Positions 38,989-49,679 are shown, counted from the first letter of the stretch. The stretch is 64,000 nucleotides of DNA from Halodesulfurarchaeum sp. (GCA_042216015.1 JBDGUI010000015.1:1-64000); one strand, 5' to 3'. Made by a program: numbers and translations. The notes: generated by a model not told the origin, from the sequence alone.

Positions 38989-39388
38989 GAACGAAGATTC
39001 GTCCCCGAGTCGGGGGATGGGAGTGGAGACACGGACAAAAAGCTGGTTCCGATCGAGGCGAGGTTAACGATCGAATATCGGAGGGCCGTGGGTCGAATCC
39101 TCACGACTCTCCCGCTGGTTCACGTCGGACAGGGTCGTCACGGATATGGGTCGTCGAGAGAAAGGTGTGATCAGCACAGGCCTTTGAACGAAACACCGAG
39201 GGAAAACCGCGAATTTGTGAAGAGGAATTCGTTTCCCTGCCTCACAATCCGGGTTAGTTTGCTTTCAGAGGCCCATCAGCTTCGGTTGATCCCCACGTAA
39301 GGGTTTAGAGGCTGAGAAACGCCGATACGGCGGATAGCAGATCTAAACGGGAACCACATTAAATCTCCATCCGGTAGAGGTAGCTGGC

Positions 39389-39640
39389 ATGAACGGCCAG
39401 GATCTGTTCGAAGAGATGGCTGACAGAAACGGCCAGGATCTGTTCGAAAGCTATCGTCCACGCGTGGGGGCAAGCTATCGTCCACGAGTAGGGGCAGATC
39501 CAGTTCCCGGGTGGCCCGGACTGGTCGATCCAGCGTGGGCCAGTCCCATTGCTCCGGTGGGCATCAACTCACGAACCGACGCCGACTCCCAGGACTGCTT
39601 TTCTCCACGGACGCCCCGGACAGCCTGTCGCTGTCGGTGA
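39389..39640 (+). CDS. Putative leader peptide (uORF) ending CRCR upstream of the Cys/Met operon
   Basis: TATA-like TTAAAT at 39359-64 (-30 to -25 from ATG); internal duplications NGQDLFE x2 and SYRPRVGA x2. Confidence 0.5.
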   Translation: MNGQDLFEEMADRNGQDLFESYRPRVGASYRPRVGADPVPGWPGLVDPAWASPIAPVGINSRTDADSQDCFSPRTPRTACRCR

Positions 39641-39692
39641 ACCGGTCCGGCCAGGCACCGCTTCGAAATGACGCCCAAAACCCACAGCTCCA

Positions 39693-40679
39693 ATGACATC
39701 ACAGACGACGCGATTCGATTCAGTGCTCGAAACGATCGGCCAAACACCACTCGTCGAGCTGGAGACCGGACCAGACGAGGGCGACGTGTTCGCAAAACTC
39801 GAGACGTTCAATCCCGGGGGCAGCGTGAAGGACCGCATCGGAAAATACATCCTCGAACGACTGCTCGAAACTGGCGATCTCCCACCCGGTGGGACGATCG
39901 TCGAACCCACCGCCGGAAACACCGGAATCGGGATGGCGCTCGCGGCGAGTCAACTCGGCGTCGAGCCCGTCTTCGTCGTCCCGACCGGATTCAGCGAGGA
40001 GAAAGAGACGCTCATGGCCGCCCTCGGCGGCGAGATCGTTCACACCCCAGGTGATGACGGGATGCAGGGGGCGATCGATCGCGCCCACGAAATCGCCAGG
40101 GATCGTCCCAACGCCGTCGTTCCGCAGCAATTTGCCTCGTCGTACAACGTCGAGGCCCACGCCGAGACGACGGGGCCCGAGATCATCGACGCACTCGACG
40201 GGGAGATCGGGGCCGTCGTGGCGGGGGTGGGGTCCGGGGGAACGCTCATGGGGGTGGCCCGGGCGCTCGAGGAGGCCGACATCGAGGCGGCGATCGTCGC
40301 CGTCGAACCGGAGGGATCGACCTTCGGCCAGCTTCTCGGCCGGGATCCCGAGGAGGCCCCGTACAAGACCGAGGGGATCGGCACCCACGAGCCGGAACTC
40401 GCCGAGCTCGTCGACCCGGATCGGCTCGACGAGATCGTCGCCGTTTCCGACCGGGCTGCCCACGAGGAGGTCACGCGGCTGGCCCGGGAGGAAGGACACC
40501 TCGTCGGTTCGAGTGCCGGTGCCGCGAGTGTCGCCGCAGCCGAGGTCGCCGCACGGCTCGAGTCCGGCGGGATCGACACCCCTGCCGATACGGTCGTCAC
40601 GATCTTCCCCGACAGTGGTGAGCGGTACCTCTCGAAGGGGCTGTATGACAGCTTCGAGAACTGGGAGGGAAAGGCATGA
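39693..40679 (+). CDS. PLP-dependent cysteine synthase / cystathionine beta-synthase (MccA-like)
   Basis: KLETFNPGGSVKDR, EPTAGNTG, GSGGT, TEGIG, FPDSGERY. Confidence 0.9.
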   Translation: MTSQTTRFDSVLETIGQTPLVELETGPDEGDVFAKLETFNPGGSVKDRIGKYILERLLETGDLPPGGTIVEPTAGNTGIGMALAASQLGVEPVFVVPTGFSEEKETLMAALGGEIVHTPGDDGMQGAIDRAHEIARDRPNAVVPQQFASSYNVEAHAETTGPEIIDALDGEIGAVVAGVGSGGTLMGVARALEEADIEAAIVAVEPEGSTFGQLLGRDPEEAPYKTEGIGTHEPELAELVDPDRLDEIVAVSDRAAHEEVTRLAREEGHLVGSSAGAASVAAAEVAARLESGGIDTPADTVVTIFPDSGERYLSKGLYDSFENWEGKA

Positions 40680-41848
40680 CCGAGAAGAATTCCCAACCCG
40701 ATCCGACGTTCGAAACGGCGGCGATCCACGGCGGCCTCGAACCGGACCCGGAGACGGGAGCGGTCATGACGCCCATCTATGCCTCCTCTACCTTCGCCCA
40801 GGACGCCCCCGGCGAGCACCGGGGCTATGAGTACTCCCGATCGGGGAACCCGACGCGCTCGGCGCTCGAGGCGAACCTGGCCCGCCTCGAGGGAGGGTCC
40901 CACGCTCGGGCCTTCGCGAGCGGGCTCGGGGCGATCAACACCGTCCTCAACCTCCTCCAGTCCGGGGATCACGTGGTGGTGGGCAACGACGTCTACGGGG
41001 GAACCCACCGACTGTTCCGGGAGGTCTACGAGGACTACGACCTCGAATTCGACTTCGTCGAGATGACAGAGTCCTCTTCGGTCGAGGCGGCGGTCGGGCC
41101 ATCGACCGAACTCGTGTGGGTCGAAACGCCGACGAATCCGCTCCTTCGAATCGTCGACATCGAGGCGATAGCCGATATCGCTCACGACGCCGACGCGCTC
41201 CTCGCGGTCGATAACACCTTCGCGACGCCGTTCCTGCAGCGACCGCTCGAACTCGGTGCCGACGTCGTCGCACACTCGCTGACGAAGTACCTCGGCGGCC
41301 ACTCTGACGTGATCGGCGGCGGACTCGTCACCGACGACGAGAAGATCGAGGAGCGACTGGGATTCTATCAGAACAGCGTCGGGGCCACGCCGGGACCGTT
41401 CGACGCGTTCCTCGTCCTTCGCGGGATCAAGACGCTGCCGGTTCGGATGGAGCGCCATTGCGAAAATGCGGTGGCACTCGCCGAGTGGCTCGAGGGCAAG
41501 CAATCCGTCTCGCAGGTCCTCTATCCCGGCCTCGAGTCACACCCACAGCACGAGTTGGCCGCCCGTCAGATGGACGACTTCGGCGGAATGGTCGGCCTCG
41601 AATTCGATCTTCCCCTCGAGACGGTCGAGGAGATCGTCTCGGAAACCGCGGTGTTCACGCTCGCGGAGAGTCTCGGCGGCGTCGAAAGCCTCATCGAACA
41701 GCCCGCGACCATGACCCACGGGGCGGTCCCACGGGAGGAGCGACTCGACGCGGGCGTGACCGACGGGTTGGTCCGGTTGAGCGTCGGCCTCGAAGGGATC
41801 GAGGACCTGAAACGGGATCTGGATCGGGCCATCGTCGAAGCCACGTAG
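40676..41848 (+). CDS. Cystathionine gamma-lyase/synthase (MccB/MetB-like)
   Basis: [43 protein letters not shown]. Confidence 0.92.
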   Translation: MTEKNSQPDPTFETAAIHGGLEPDPETGAVMTPIYASSTFAQDAPGEHRGYEYSRSGNPTRSALEANLARLEGGSHARAFASGLGAINTVLNLLQSGDHVVVGNDVYGGTHRLFREVYEDYDLEFDFVEMTESSSVEAAVGPSTELVWVETPTNPLLRIVDIEAIADIAHDADALLAVDNTFATPFLQRPLELGADVVAHSLTKYLGGHSDVIGGGLVTDDEKIEERLGFYQNSVGATPGPFDAFLVLRGIKTLPVRMERHCENAVALAEWLEGKQSVSQVLYPGLESHPQHELAARQMDDFGGMVGLEFDLPLETVEEIVSETAVFTLAESLGGVESLIEQPATMTHGAVPREERLDAGVTDGLVRLSVGLEGIEDLKRDLDRAIVEAT

Positions 41849-41875
41849 CGCAGGGTGGACCTCGAAAGTCCCCAT

Positions 41876-42739
41876 TCAACCCGCGAGGAGCCGCCAGAGG
41901 AAGAGAATCGTTCCCGCCCCGAGGAAGGTGCTCGCCACGGCACTGAGCTTGGTCCGATGGAGGTCCCGCGAACACTGAATCGACCCGTGTCCGGTCGAAT
42001 CGGCGTGGGACCCCCCGTGTGAACATCGGGGAAGCATGTCGATGGCGACGTGGGCGAACACGCCGGTCGAAATCCCGTAGACGACCGCCTTCACGACCGG
42101 CCCGAGTGGGGGAGTCAAAACGGCCAGCGGAATCGCCGAGATCGCCACGGCGGCGGCCGGAATGACCATCACGACCGTCGGCAGTCCGGACTGTTTGACG
42201 GATTCCGAGCCGGTGAACCCGGCAGGGAACTTGTGGGCGAGGATCCCGAACCCGAAAAGTGCCGAGAGCTGGGGAAGCGAGCCGTAGACCACGCCCATGA
42301 TCGATCCGGCCGCGAGCGCGTGGAGCGTGAGTTCGCCGGCGGCCGCGTTCAGCGGCAGGTCGCGGTGGGACAGGAGATGGCCCAGTTCGTGACCCGCGTA
42401 GCCGATCAGGTAGCCGAAGGCGATGGCAAATCCACCGGAGGTGGGATTGGCCCCGATAGCTTTGGGTGCGAGCAACGCGCCGGCGCTGCCGAGCATCGCC
42501 CCGCTCGAGAGGCCGTAGGCCCAGACCTGTCGCAGCTCGGACTCGAAGTCGACGACGTGACTGATCGACACGCCAGCGAGCATCGCGAGAAAGCCGAAGA
42601 CGACGACGCCGGTCAACTTCGTCCGCCCGGAGAGGAATCCGAGCGCGATCACCCCGAGAAAGACCAGAACGGTGAGACCGCTCGCGAGGAGCGGAACTCT
42701 CCCGTTGGGAGCTGAGCTCGAATCGGCCGCCACTACCAT
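41876..42739 (-). CDS. ZIP-family divalent metal transporter
   Basis: LSSGAML, LTLHALAAG, ILAHKFPAG, GVFAHVAIDMLP; His-rich stretch. Confidence 0.8.
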   Translation of the reverse strand: MVVAADSSSAPNGRVPLLASGLTVLVFLGVIALGFLSGRTKLTGVVVFGFLAMLAGVSISHVVDFESELRQVWAYGLSSGAMLGSAGALLAPKAIGANPTSGGFAIAFGYLIGYAGHELGHLLSHRDLPLNAAAGELTLHALAAGSIMGVVYGSLPQLSALFGFGILAHKFPAGFTGSESVKQSGLPTVVMVIPAAAVAISAIPLAVLTPPLGPVVKAVVYGISTGVFAHVAIDMLPRCSHGGSHADSTGHGSIQCSRDLHRTKLSAVASTFLGAGTILFLWRLLAG

Positions 42740-42987
42740 GGGCGATCACGTGAGTTGCCGTCTCCGACCGTCGAAGTGGGACTCCAACGCCCGGTACCCT
42801 CGTTCGCGCGTGTGAAGGGTCCTCCACAGCGGAAACTGCGCTGTGCCATTCGGTAATAAGGAGATGTCGCCACGGGGTAAAAATGGATATCGATGGAACA
42901 GCGAGGGTATTCGGGCAGGAATCCCACTCACATCGAGATTGTCGCGAACCCGAAACCCGGCGATTCGGCCCCGAGCTTTGCATCGGT

Positions 42988-45414
42988 TCACGGTCGGGAA
43001 GAAGTGCCGGGGACGTCAGCACCGACCTCCCGTTCCGCGGCTGTGGCCACGATCGCCTGCCCGTACGAAATGCCGGCATCCCCAGGGGGGACACGCTCGT
43101 GATCGACGTACTCGAATCCAGCCGCCGAGACGTGCCGGTCGATCCGGTCGGATATCGCCTCGTTGTACGCCACCCCGCCGGAGAATCCGATCGCCTCGAT
43201 TCCCCGACGTTCCGCCTCCCTGACGGCCATATCGGCCAACCCCCTTGCCAGCACATCCTGGGCCGTCGCGGCAACCGCGGCCGTCGATTCGGTCTCGGCG
43301 AGCTCGTCCAGCCGGCGGGCCAGCGTACGAACGTCGAGGACACGCGTCCCATCCCGTCGGCAGAACGGGGGATCCAATTCCAGGGGCGTCACACCTGCGG
43401 CTGCGGCCTCGAGCCTGATCGCCGGTTCTCCTTCGTACCGCCGTTCGGGACAGACGCCGAGTAGCGCACTCACGGCGTCGAGAAACCGGCCGGCACTCGT
43501 CGTGACCGGTGCGTTGACCCCCGCCTCGAGACTGTCCAGAACCGTCCCCGCTTCGATCTCATCGAGCGGGGTCCTGAGGGTCAACAACCACTCGATACGA
43601 TCCGGATCGTCGAGGAGGCTCGCGAGAATTCGCGTGGGACGTTCGATGGCCGCCTCACCCCCGGGAAGCCGGAACGCGTCGAGGCCACCGACGCGCTCGA
43701 AATCCGTCCGCGTCGCATCCAGTACCTCACCACCCCAGATCGTCCCGTCCGAGCCGTATCCGGTTCCATCCGCGACGATCACCACCGCCCGATCGAGGTC
43801 GTGCTCGCCGAGCAGCGAGGCCGCGTGTGCGTGGTGATGCTGGACCCTGATCGGCCCCTCCGGGGTGGATCGGTCCCGCGAAGCCGACCGTGGCGCCCGG
43901 TCCGTACGGATCCGATCTGCGTACTCCGCGGCGAACCGGCTCGTGAGGAAGTCCGGATGGGCGTCGCAGGCGACGAGGGCGGGCTCGACGCCGAGCAGGC
44001 CAGTAAGGTGGTCGACCGTCTCCCGGAGAAATTCCTCCGTCGTGGGGCCATCGACGTCGCCTAGATGCTGAGAGGGAAACACCTCGTCGTCCCGTGCAAC
44101 CGAGATCGTATTGTCGAATTCGGCCCCGACCGCGAGAATCGGGGGCCCGTCACCCCGTCGGGGAAGGGGCTGGGGAACCCACCCCCGGGACCGACGAAGG
44201 AAACGACGTGACCCGTCGACGGATCGGACGACGCTGTCATCACACCGGGCGACGATCTCGCGATCGTGGACGAGCGCGGCGTCGATGACCGGACCGAGCG
44301 TGTCGAAAATCGAATCGCCGGTCACGCACATCGGCTCCCCCGGCATGTTTCCGCTGGTCATCACGAGCGGGCCGTCGAGTTGGGGCCTGGAATCGGAGGT
44401 GGATTTCGAATCGGGATCCGGCTCGAACAGGAGGTGATGGAGTCCGGCGTAAGGGAGCATCACGCCGACCGTGTGCAGACCGGGAGCAACCTCCTCCAGC
44501 TGCCCGTCGTCGTCCCGGTCGAGGACCACGATCGGTCGCCGAACGTCCTCGAGCAACTCCCGTTCGGCCCCGGAAATCGACGCGAACGAACGGACGGTAT
44601 CGAGCGTGGGGGCCATCACCGCGAATGGCTTCGCTGGCCGATTGGTCCGCTCTCGGAGCCGGGCGACGGCCTCGGGATCGGTCGCGTCGCAGGCGAGATG
44701 TGTCCCACCGACGCCGCGAATCGCGAGGATGTCGCCACTCGCCAATCGCGCCGTGGCCGATTCGAGTGCCGCCACCCCGGTCGCCCGCTCCGTCGAGCCG
44801 TCCGCGGTCGGTTCCTGCAGCGAGAGCGTCGGTCCACACTCGGGACAGGCGATCGTCTGGGCGTGATAGCGGCGATCCGACGGGTCCTCGTATTCCGATT
44901 CGCAAGCCGGACACATGGGAAAGGCGTCCATCGAGGTCCGTGGACGGTCGTAGGGTAGTTCGCGAATGACGGTATACCGGGGGCCACAATCGACACAGGA
45001 CGTCGCCCAGTACCGGTGATATCGCGAGTCGGGATCGCGAATGTCCTCGAGACACGACTCACAGATGCCGGTGTCAGGTGGGATGGTCCCGGTTCCCCCC
45101 GCCGTGTCGACGGAGTCCAGGATCCGAAATTCGCCCGGGTGTTCGAGGGATTCGCCAGGGGATACCGACGAACGGTCGACCTCGACCGACTCCACCCGGG
45201 AGAGCGGCGGGGGGGAGGTCCGGAGATCGTCGAGGAAGGCGTCAATTGAAGCGGCGTCCCCCTGAAGGAAAATCTCGACGCCCGCGTCACCGGTGTTCCT
45301 GACTGTTCCCGATAGGCCGTGATCGGTGGCCCGTCGATACACGAACGGTCGAAACCCGACCCCCTGCACGACTCCCTGTACCTGTACCGACGCCCGAATG
45401 CTGGAATCGGTCAT
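42988..45414 (-). CDS. hypF: Hydrogenase carbamoyltransferase HypF
   Basis: GVVQGVGFRPFVY acylphosphatase domain, Zn fingers, QHHHAH, DGTGYG.DG.IWGGE, PPGDAGISYGQ. Confidence 0.95.
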   Translation of the reverse strand: MTDSSIRASVQVQGVVQGVGFRPFVYRRATDHGLSGTVRNTGDAGVEIFLQGDAASIDAFLDDLRTSPPPLSRVESVEVDRSSVSPGESLEHPGEFRILDSVDTAGGTGTIPPDTGICESCLEDIRDPDSRYHRYWATSCVDCGPRYTVIRELPYDRPRTSMDAFPMCPACESEYEDPSDRRYHAQTIACPECGPTLSLQEPTADGSTERATGVAALESATARLASGDILAIRGVGGTHLACDATDPEAVARLRERTNRPAKPFAVMAPTLDTVRSFASISGAERELLEDVRRPIVVLDRDDDGQLEEVAPGLHTVGVMLPYAGLHHLLFEPDPDSKSTSDSRPQLDGPLVMTSGNMPGEPMCVTGDSIFDTLGPVIDAALVHDREIVARCDDSVVRSVDGSRRFLRRSRGWVPQPLPRRGDGPPILAVGAEFDNTISVARDDEVFPSQHLGDVDGPTTEEFLRETVDHLTGLLGVEPALVACDAHPDFLTSRFAAEYADRIRTDRAPRSASRDRSTPEGPIRVQHHHAHAASLLGEHDLDRAVVIVADGTGYGSDGTIWGGEVLDATRTDFERVGGLDAFRLPGGEAAIERPTRILASLLDDPDRIEWLLTLRTPLDEIEAGTVLDSLEAGVNAPVTTSAGRFLDAVSALLGVCPERRYEGEPAIRLEAAAAGVTPLELDPPFCRRDGTRVLDVRTLARRLDELAETESTAAVAATAQDVLARGLADMAVREAERRGIEAIGFSGGVAYNEAISDRIDRHVSAAGFEYVDHERVPPGDAGISYGQAIVATAAEREVGADVPGTSSRP

Positions 45415-45429
45415 CGAGCGCGGAGTGGG

Positions 45430-46356
45430 TTACTCCCCATCCTCCACCCCGCCTGTGTGACTGTGGGGCAGCCGATCCGGAATCGATCGCTCGGTACCGT
45501 GGGCGTGCACGTTCGCCTCCTGTGTCTGTCGGTGCGATCGCAGGAAGGCGGCGAGATCGTTCATCCCGTCTCCCTCCCTGGCGTTCGTCTCGAAGACCGG
45601 AAGCTCCGGGGCCGTTCGCTTGATGTCCCGCCGAACCCGATCGAGATCGGTCCCCACTGCCTCGGCGAGGTCGATCTTGTTGATCACTGCGGCGTCGGCA
45701 GCCTGGACGAGGAGCGGGTGTTTGGAGACGACGTCATCGCCCTCGGTCGTGCTGACGACCAGGATCCGGAGACTTGCCCCGAGAGGGAAGTCGGCCGGAC
45801 AGACCATGTTGCCCACGTTCTCCACGTAGAGCGTATCGAGGGTTTCGAGGTCGAAACCCGCAAGCGCCGTCCCAACCCCCTCGGGATCGAGATGGCACTC
45901 CTTGCCCGTGTTGATGTTTTCGACTGGAATGCCGTACTCCCGGAGTCTGGTTGCGTCGTCCTCCCCGGCCACGTCGCCGACGACGGCCCCGATCCGTTCG
46001 TCCGCTGGTGCCCGCTCGAGCAATTGCTCGATCAACCGGGTCTTTCCGCCCCCCGTGCTTCCGACGAATTCGACGGCGAACACGCCGTGTTCGTGCACCA
46101 GTGTCTCGTGAAGTTCACCGGCCCGCTCGCGGATCGCGGCGAGCACGTCGGCCTCGGCGTCGCTCTCCTCCAGGTCCAATCCGAAGTCCTCGTGGCCCAG
46201 TCGATGGGCCCGGACGGGGTGCCGTGCCTTCCCCTCCCGGCCCATCCAGGCCACGTTCTGCAGTCGAACCAGGAGGGATTCGACTGCCGCGGAGAGGGGA
46301 TGCTGCCGATTCGACGGGACGATGCGGGCCAATCCAGTCTGTGTGTCGTGGTACAT
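45430..46356 (-). CDS. hypB: Hydrogenase nickel-incorporation GTPase HypB
   Basis: GSTGGGKT, TGKECHLD, ENVGNMVCPADF.LG, NKIDL. Confidence 0.93.
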   Translation of the reverse strand: MYHDTQTGLARIVPSNRQHPLSAAVESLLVRLQNVAWMGREGKARHPVRAHRLGHEDFGLDLEESDAEADVLAAIRERAGELHETLVHEHGVFAVEFVGSTGGGKTRLIEQLLERAPADERIGAVVGDVAGEDDATRLREYGIPVENINTGKECHLDPEGVGTALAGFDLETLDTLYVENVGNMVCPADFPLGASLRILVVSTTEGDDVVSKHPLLVQAADAAVINKIDLAEAVGTDLDRVRRDIKRTAPELPVFETNAREGDGMNDLAAFLRSHRQTQEANVHAHGTERSIPDRLPHSHTGGVEDGE

Positions 46357-46362
46357 GAATCA

Positions 46363-46788
46363 CTACGAGTGCGGTGGGCGGGGATCCGGCTGGGGGTTGC
46401 TCTCGCCCGATTTCGGGACATCGGCCTGCTCGGGCACCTCGATGCTCGCGAGTCGACACTCCCTGCCGCGGTCGAGTTCGGCCCTGCCCCCGCAGTTCGG
46501 ACAGCGGATATCGGGGGCAAAGCCGGCGGCGAGTGCCAGTTCGTCTGGCTCGCCGCGGAAGCCACAGTCACAGACGGCGATCGGATCGACCGTCTCGGTC
46601 CGGATCGTGGCGCCCGCTGCGAGGGTATCCTCGGCGATCGCCTCGAGACAGAAGACGAGCTGGTCCGGATTGACGTGGGTCGCCCGACCGATTTCCAGGG
46701 TCAGCTCGTCGATCCGGTCGGCGTCGTGTTCCGCGGCTGCGGCGAGGGCCCGTTCGAGGATTGCGTGAGCGACGCTTACCTCGTGCAT
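46363..46788 (-). CDS. hypA: Hydrogenase maturation factor HypA
   Basis: MHE start, CDCG..CPNCG, G.E. Confidence 0.93.
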   Translation of the reverse strand: MHEVSVAHAILERALAAAAEHDADRIDELTLEIGRATHVNPDQLVFCLEAIAEDTLAAGATIRTETVDPIAVCDCGFRGEPDELALAAGFAPDIRCPNCGGRAELDRGRECRLASIEVPEQADVPKSGESNPQPDPRPPHS

Positions 46789-47897
46789 CAGCAGATCCGG
46801 GGGAGTGCCTCCCCCTCCGGCTCGGTGAGATACCGGCGGCCGAATCCCGTATCGAGGACGACTCGACCGGCGTGTTCCTCGACGGCGTGACCGACGATCT
46901 CGGCGTCTTCACCGCCCGTGCAGCCACGGACCGCCTCGAGTACCGATTCGGCGTCCTCGGCATCGACGCCGAAAACGACCTTCCCCTCGTTCGCCACCGA
47001 GAGCGGGTCGATCCCCAGCACTTCGCCCGCGGACGCGGTCGCCCCGGAAACGGGGATGGCCTGCTCGTCGAGTTCGATGCCCACGTCGCCCTTCTCGGCC
47101 ATCTCGGTTGCGGCGTTCGCGAAGCCGCCGCGGGTCGGGTCCTTCATCGCCGAAATCCGCCCCGCGTCCATGGCCGCGCTGACGATATCGTTCACCGGCG
47201 CGACGTCGCTCCGGAGGTCGCCGGTGAAGTCGAAGCCCTCGCGTGCCGACAGGAGCGCGATTCCGTGGTCGCCCAGTTCGCCGCTCACGATGATCGCGTC
47301 GCCGGGTTCCAGGCCGGCATCGCTGACGGCCGTGTCGCGGCCGACGTAGGCGACCCCCGCCGTGTTGACGACGATTCCGTCCACCTCGCCGTTTCCCATC
47401 ACCTTCGTGTCACCCGTCGAAATCGTCGTCCCTGCCTCCGCCGCCGTCTCGGCCATCGATTCGACGACCCGTTCGACGTCGGCAGTCGGGGTCCCTTCCT
47501 CGAGAAGGAGCGAGCAGGTCAGGGCGACCGGCTCGGTGGCCCCCATGACGGCCAGATCGTTCACCGTGCCAGCCACAGCGAGACGGCCGATGTCCCCGCC
47601 CGGGAAGAATCGGGGCGTGACGACGTGACTGTCGGTCGTCACCACGAGGGAGCCCGCTTCGTTCACCGGATGGACGGCCCCATCATCTAGTTCGGGGAGT
47701 CCCACTTCCCCCTCGCCCGCTTCCCGGGCGTTTACGGCGCCTCCAGCCCCCGTCGTCCCGGGGTCCTCCCCATAGCCAGCAAACCGGGGGACGACGAGCT
47801 CTTGCAGGAGCGAGCGCATGGCCCCACCGCCGGCACCATGGGCCAGCGTCACGACGTCTTCGGACTCCGCCGACTCTGGTGGTGTGTGTCCGGTCAT
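46788..47897 (-). CDS. hypE: Hydrogenase maturation protein HypE
   Basis: HGAGG, TTDSHVV.P.FFPGGDIG, DPTRGG, C-terminal LPRIC. Confidence 0.95.
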   Translation of the reverse strand: MTGHTPPESAESEDVVTLAHGAGGGAMRSLLQELVVPRFAGYGEDPGTTGAGGAVNAREAGEGEVGLPELDDGAVHPVNEAGSLVVTTDSHVVTPRFFPGGDIGRLAVAGTVNDLAVMGATEPVALTCSLLLEEGTPTADVERVVESMAETAAEAGTTISTGDTKVMGNGEVDGIVVNTAGVAYVGRDTAVSDAGLEPGDAIIVSGELGDHGIALLSAREGFDFTGDLRSDVAPVNDIVSAAMDAGRISAMKDPTRGGFANAATEMAEKGDVGIELDEQAIPVSGATASAGEVLGIDPLSVANEGKVVFGVDAEDAESVLEAVRGCTGGEDAEIVGHAVEEHAGRVVLDTGFGRRYLTEPEGEALPRIC

Positions 47898-47899
47898 CG

Positions 47900-49006
47900 T
47901 TAGAGGTCCGGATGGCCGCCGTACTCGTGCCAGATCTTGCAGGTACCCTCGCTGCTCACCATGCAGGCGCCCACGGGATTGCCGGGCGTGCACTCCTCGC
48001 CGAACAGGTCACACTCGTCCGGGTCCGCCTTCCCCGCCATGATGTCGCCACAGATGCACTGCTCGGTGAGCGGATCCGGGCCGCCGGTGGCCGGCTCGAC
48101 GTCGAAGCGTTCTCTGGTGTCGTACTCGGCGTACTCCTCCCGAAGCACGAGGTTCGCTCCGGGGATCTCGGCGATTCCGCGCCACTCCCCCGAGGTCGTC
48201 TCGAAGACCGACCACATGGTCTCGAGGGCGTCCACGTTCCCCTCCTCGGTCACACAGCGGGGGTAGGCGTTCTCCAGGCCGGCAACGTCCGCTTCGATGT
48301 ACTCGAGGAGTCGTTCGACCCCCAGGAGCACGTCGACCGGTTCGAAGCCCCCGACGACGATCGGCAGGTCGAACTCCTCGACGAACGGCTCGAACAGGCC
48401 ATATCCGGTGATCGTGGCGGCGTGCCCGGCCGCGAGGAAGCCGTCGATGTCCACGTCCGGCATCTCCGCGACGACCTCCATCGCCGGCGGGACGTACTTG
48501 TGCGCCGAGAGAACCGAGAAGTTCTCGGGTGGGTCTGCAGCCAGAATCGCCGCCGTCGGTGCCGCCGTGGTCTCGAAGCCCGTCGCAAAGAAGACGACTT
48601 CCCGATCGGGGTGCTCCTCGGCGAGTTCGACCGCCTCGCTGGCGGAGTAGACGACCTCGACGTCGGCGCCGTCCGCGCGGGCGTCCGCGAGGCTCTTTTC
48701 CGTTCCGGGGACACGGAACATGTCCCCATAGGTCGCGACGATGGCGTCCTGCTCTGCCACTGCGACCGCCTCGTCGACCTCCGGCATGTTCGTCACACAG
48801 ACGGGACAGCCGGGGCCCATCCGGACCGAGAGCCCCTCTGGAAGCAGGCTTCGGAGGCCGAACTTCGCGATGGCCTGTTCGTGGGAGCCACAGACATGCA
48901 TCAGCGTCACGGGCTCGTCGATCTCCGCCATCAGGGACTCGAGGCGGTCGGCCAGCCGTTCGGCCTGCTCCGGGTTCCTGAACTGGAGCGGTTTACTGCT
49001 ACTCAT
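47900..49006 (-). CDS. hypD: Hydrogenase maturation protein HypD
   Basis: MHVCGSHE, GPGCPVC, GFETT, P.GACMVSSEG.C. Confidence 0.95.
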   Translation of the reverse strand: MSSSKPLQFRNPEQAERLADRLESLMAEIDEPVTLMHVCGSHEQAIAKFGLRSLLPEGLSVRMGPGCPVCVTNMPEVDEAVAVAEQDAIVATYGDMFRVPGTEKSLADARADGADVEVVYSASEAVELAEEHPDREVVFFATGFETTAAPTAAILAADPPENFSVLSAHKYVPPAMEVVAEMPDVDIDGFLAAGHAATITGYGLFEPFVEEFDLPIVVGGFEPVDVLLGVERLLEYIEADVAGLENAYPRCVTEEGNVDALETMWSVFETTSGEWRGIAEIPGANLVLREEYAEYDTRERFDVEPATGGPDPLTEQCICGDIMAGKADPDECDLFGEECTPGNPVGACMVSSEGTCKIWHEYGGHPDL

Positions 49007-49403
49007 CGATATCTGGCCTCGGCCCCGCCCCGTCCTCTTCGGTCCCGGTCCGTGCGTCACCCGGTCCCTGGGTGAGGCGATTCGTCGAGGTAACGGGCTG
49101 GTCGTCCTCGTCCAGGGCAGCCGGCCTGTCGCCGAACTGGAGCGTGGCATCCGTCGCACCGATCTCCTCGAGGGCGTCCTCCTCGTCGCCGCTCAACAGC
49201 GACTCGTAGAGTTCCATCGTCTCTGCGACCTCGTCGTCGGGAATCTTCCTGATCGCGAACCCGGCGTGGTTGAGGACGTAGTCCCCGACCTCGACGTCGT
49301 CGCCGACGATGTCGAGTCGAACCGCCTTCTCGACGTTCCAGAACTCCGCCCGGGCCGTCTGGCCGTCGATCTCGACGATCTCGCCTGGAATGCCCAGACA
49401 CAT
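48999..49403 (-). CDS. hypC: HypC chaperone with acidic C-terminal extension
   Basis: MCLGIPG, VGDYVLNHAGFAI. Confidence 0.93.
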   Translation of the reverse strand: MCLGIPGEIVEIDGQTARAEFWNVEKAVRLDIVGDDVEVGDYVLNHAGFAIRKIPDDEVAETMELYESLLSGDEEDALEEIGATDATLQFGDRPAALDEDDQPVTSTNRLTQGPGDARTGTEEDGAGPRPDIDE

Positions 49404-49609
49404 CAGTTCTCACCCCCCTCCTCTCGGGAAACGGCCCCCGTCGAGTCGAGTGTGCCGTCGACCTCCACCTGCATGTTCCAGGGGTCATTGCCGAGGAGCC
49501 TGTCGGGGCGGATCGCCCCCCTGACCTGATGGCCAGCCTCCTCGTGATCGGGAATATCGGCCTTCTCGATCTCGGTCTCGCAGTCGGTGCAGTACCAGCG
49601 GGCGGTCAT
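49403..49609 (-). CDS. Small putative C2H2-type zinc-binding protein leading the hyp genes
   Basis: WYCTDC-x11-HEEAGH; stop overlaps hypC start. Confidence 0.6.
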   Translation of the reverse strand: MTARWYCTDCETEIEKADIPDHEEAGHQVRGAIRPDRLLGNDPWNMQVEVDGTLDSTGAVSREEGGEN

Positions 49610-49679
49610 GTGGAGATCACGCTCCGTGTGGTGGGTTCGCCGTCGGTTCTTCCGGGTTGGATCGGGATGTGCATAGTAT

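Noticed and set aside
39392..39486. Repeats as CRISPR or iteron
   Set aside because: Two different short duplications with in-frame periods (36 and 24 nt) inside a uORF; no array or rep gene
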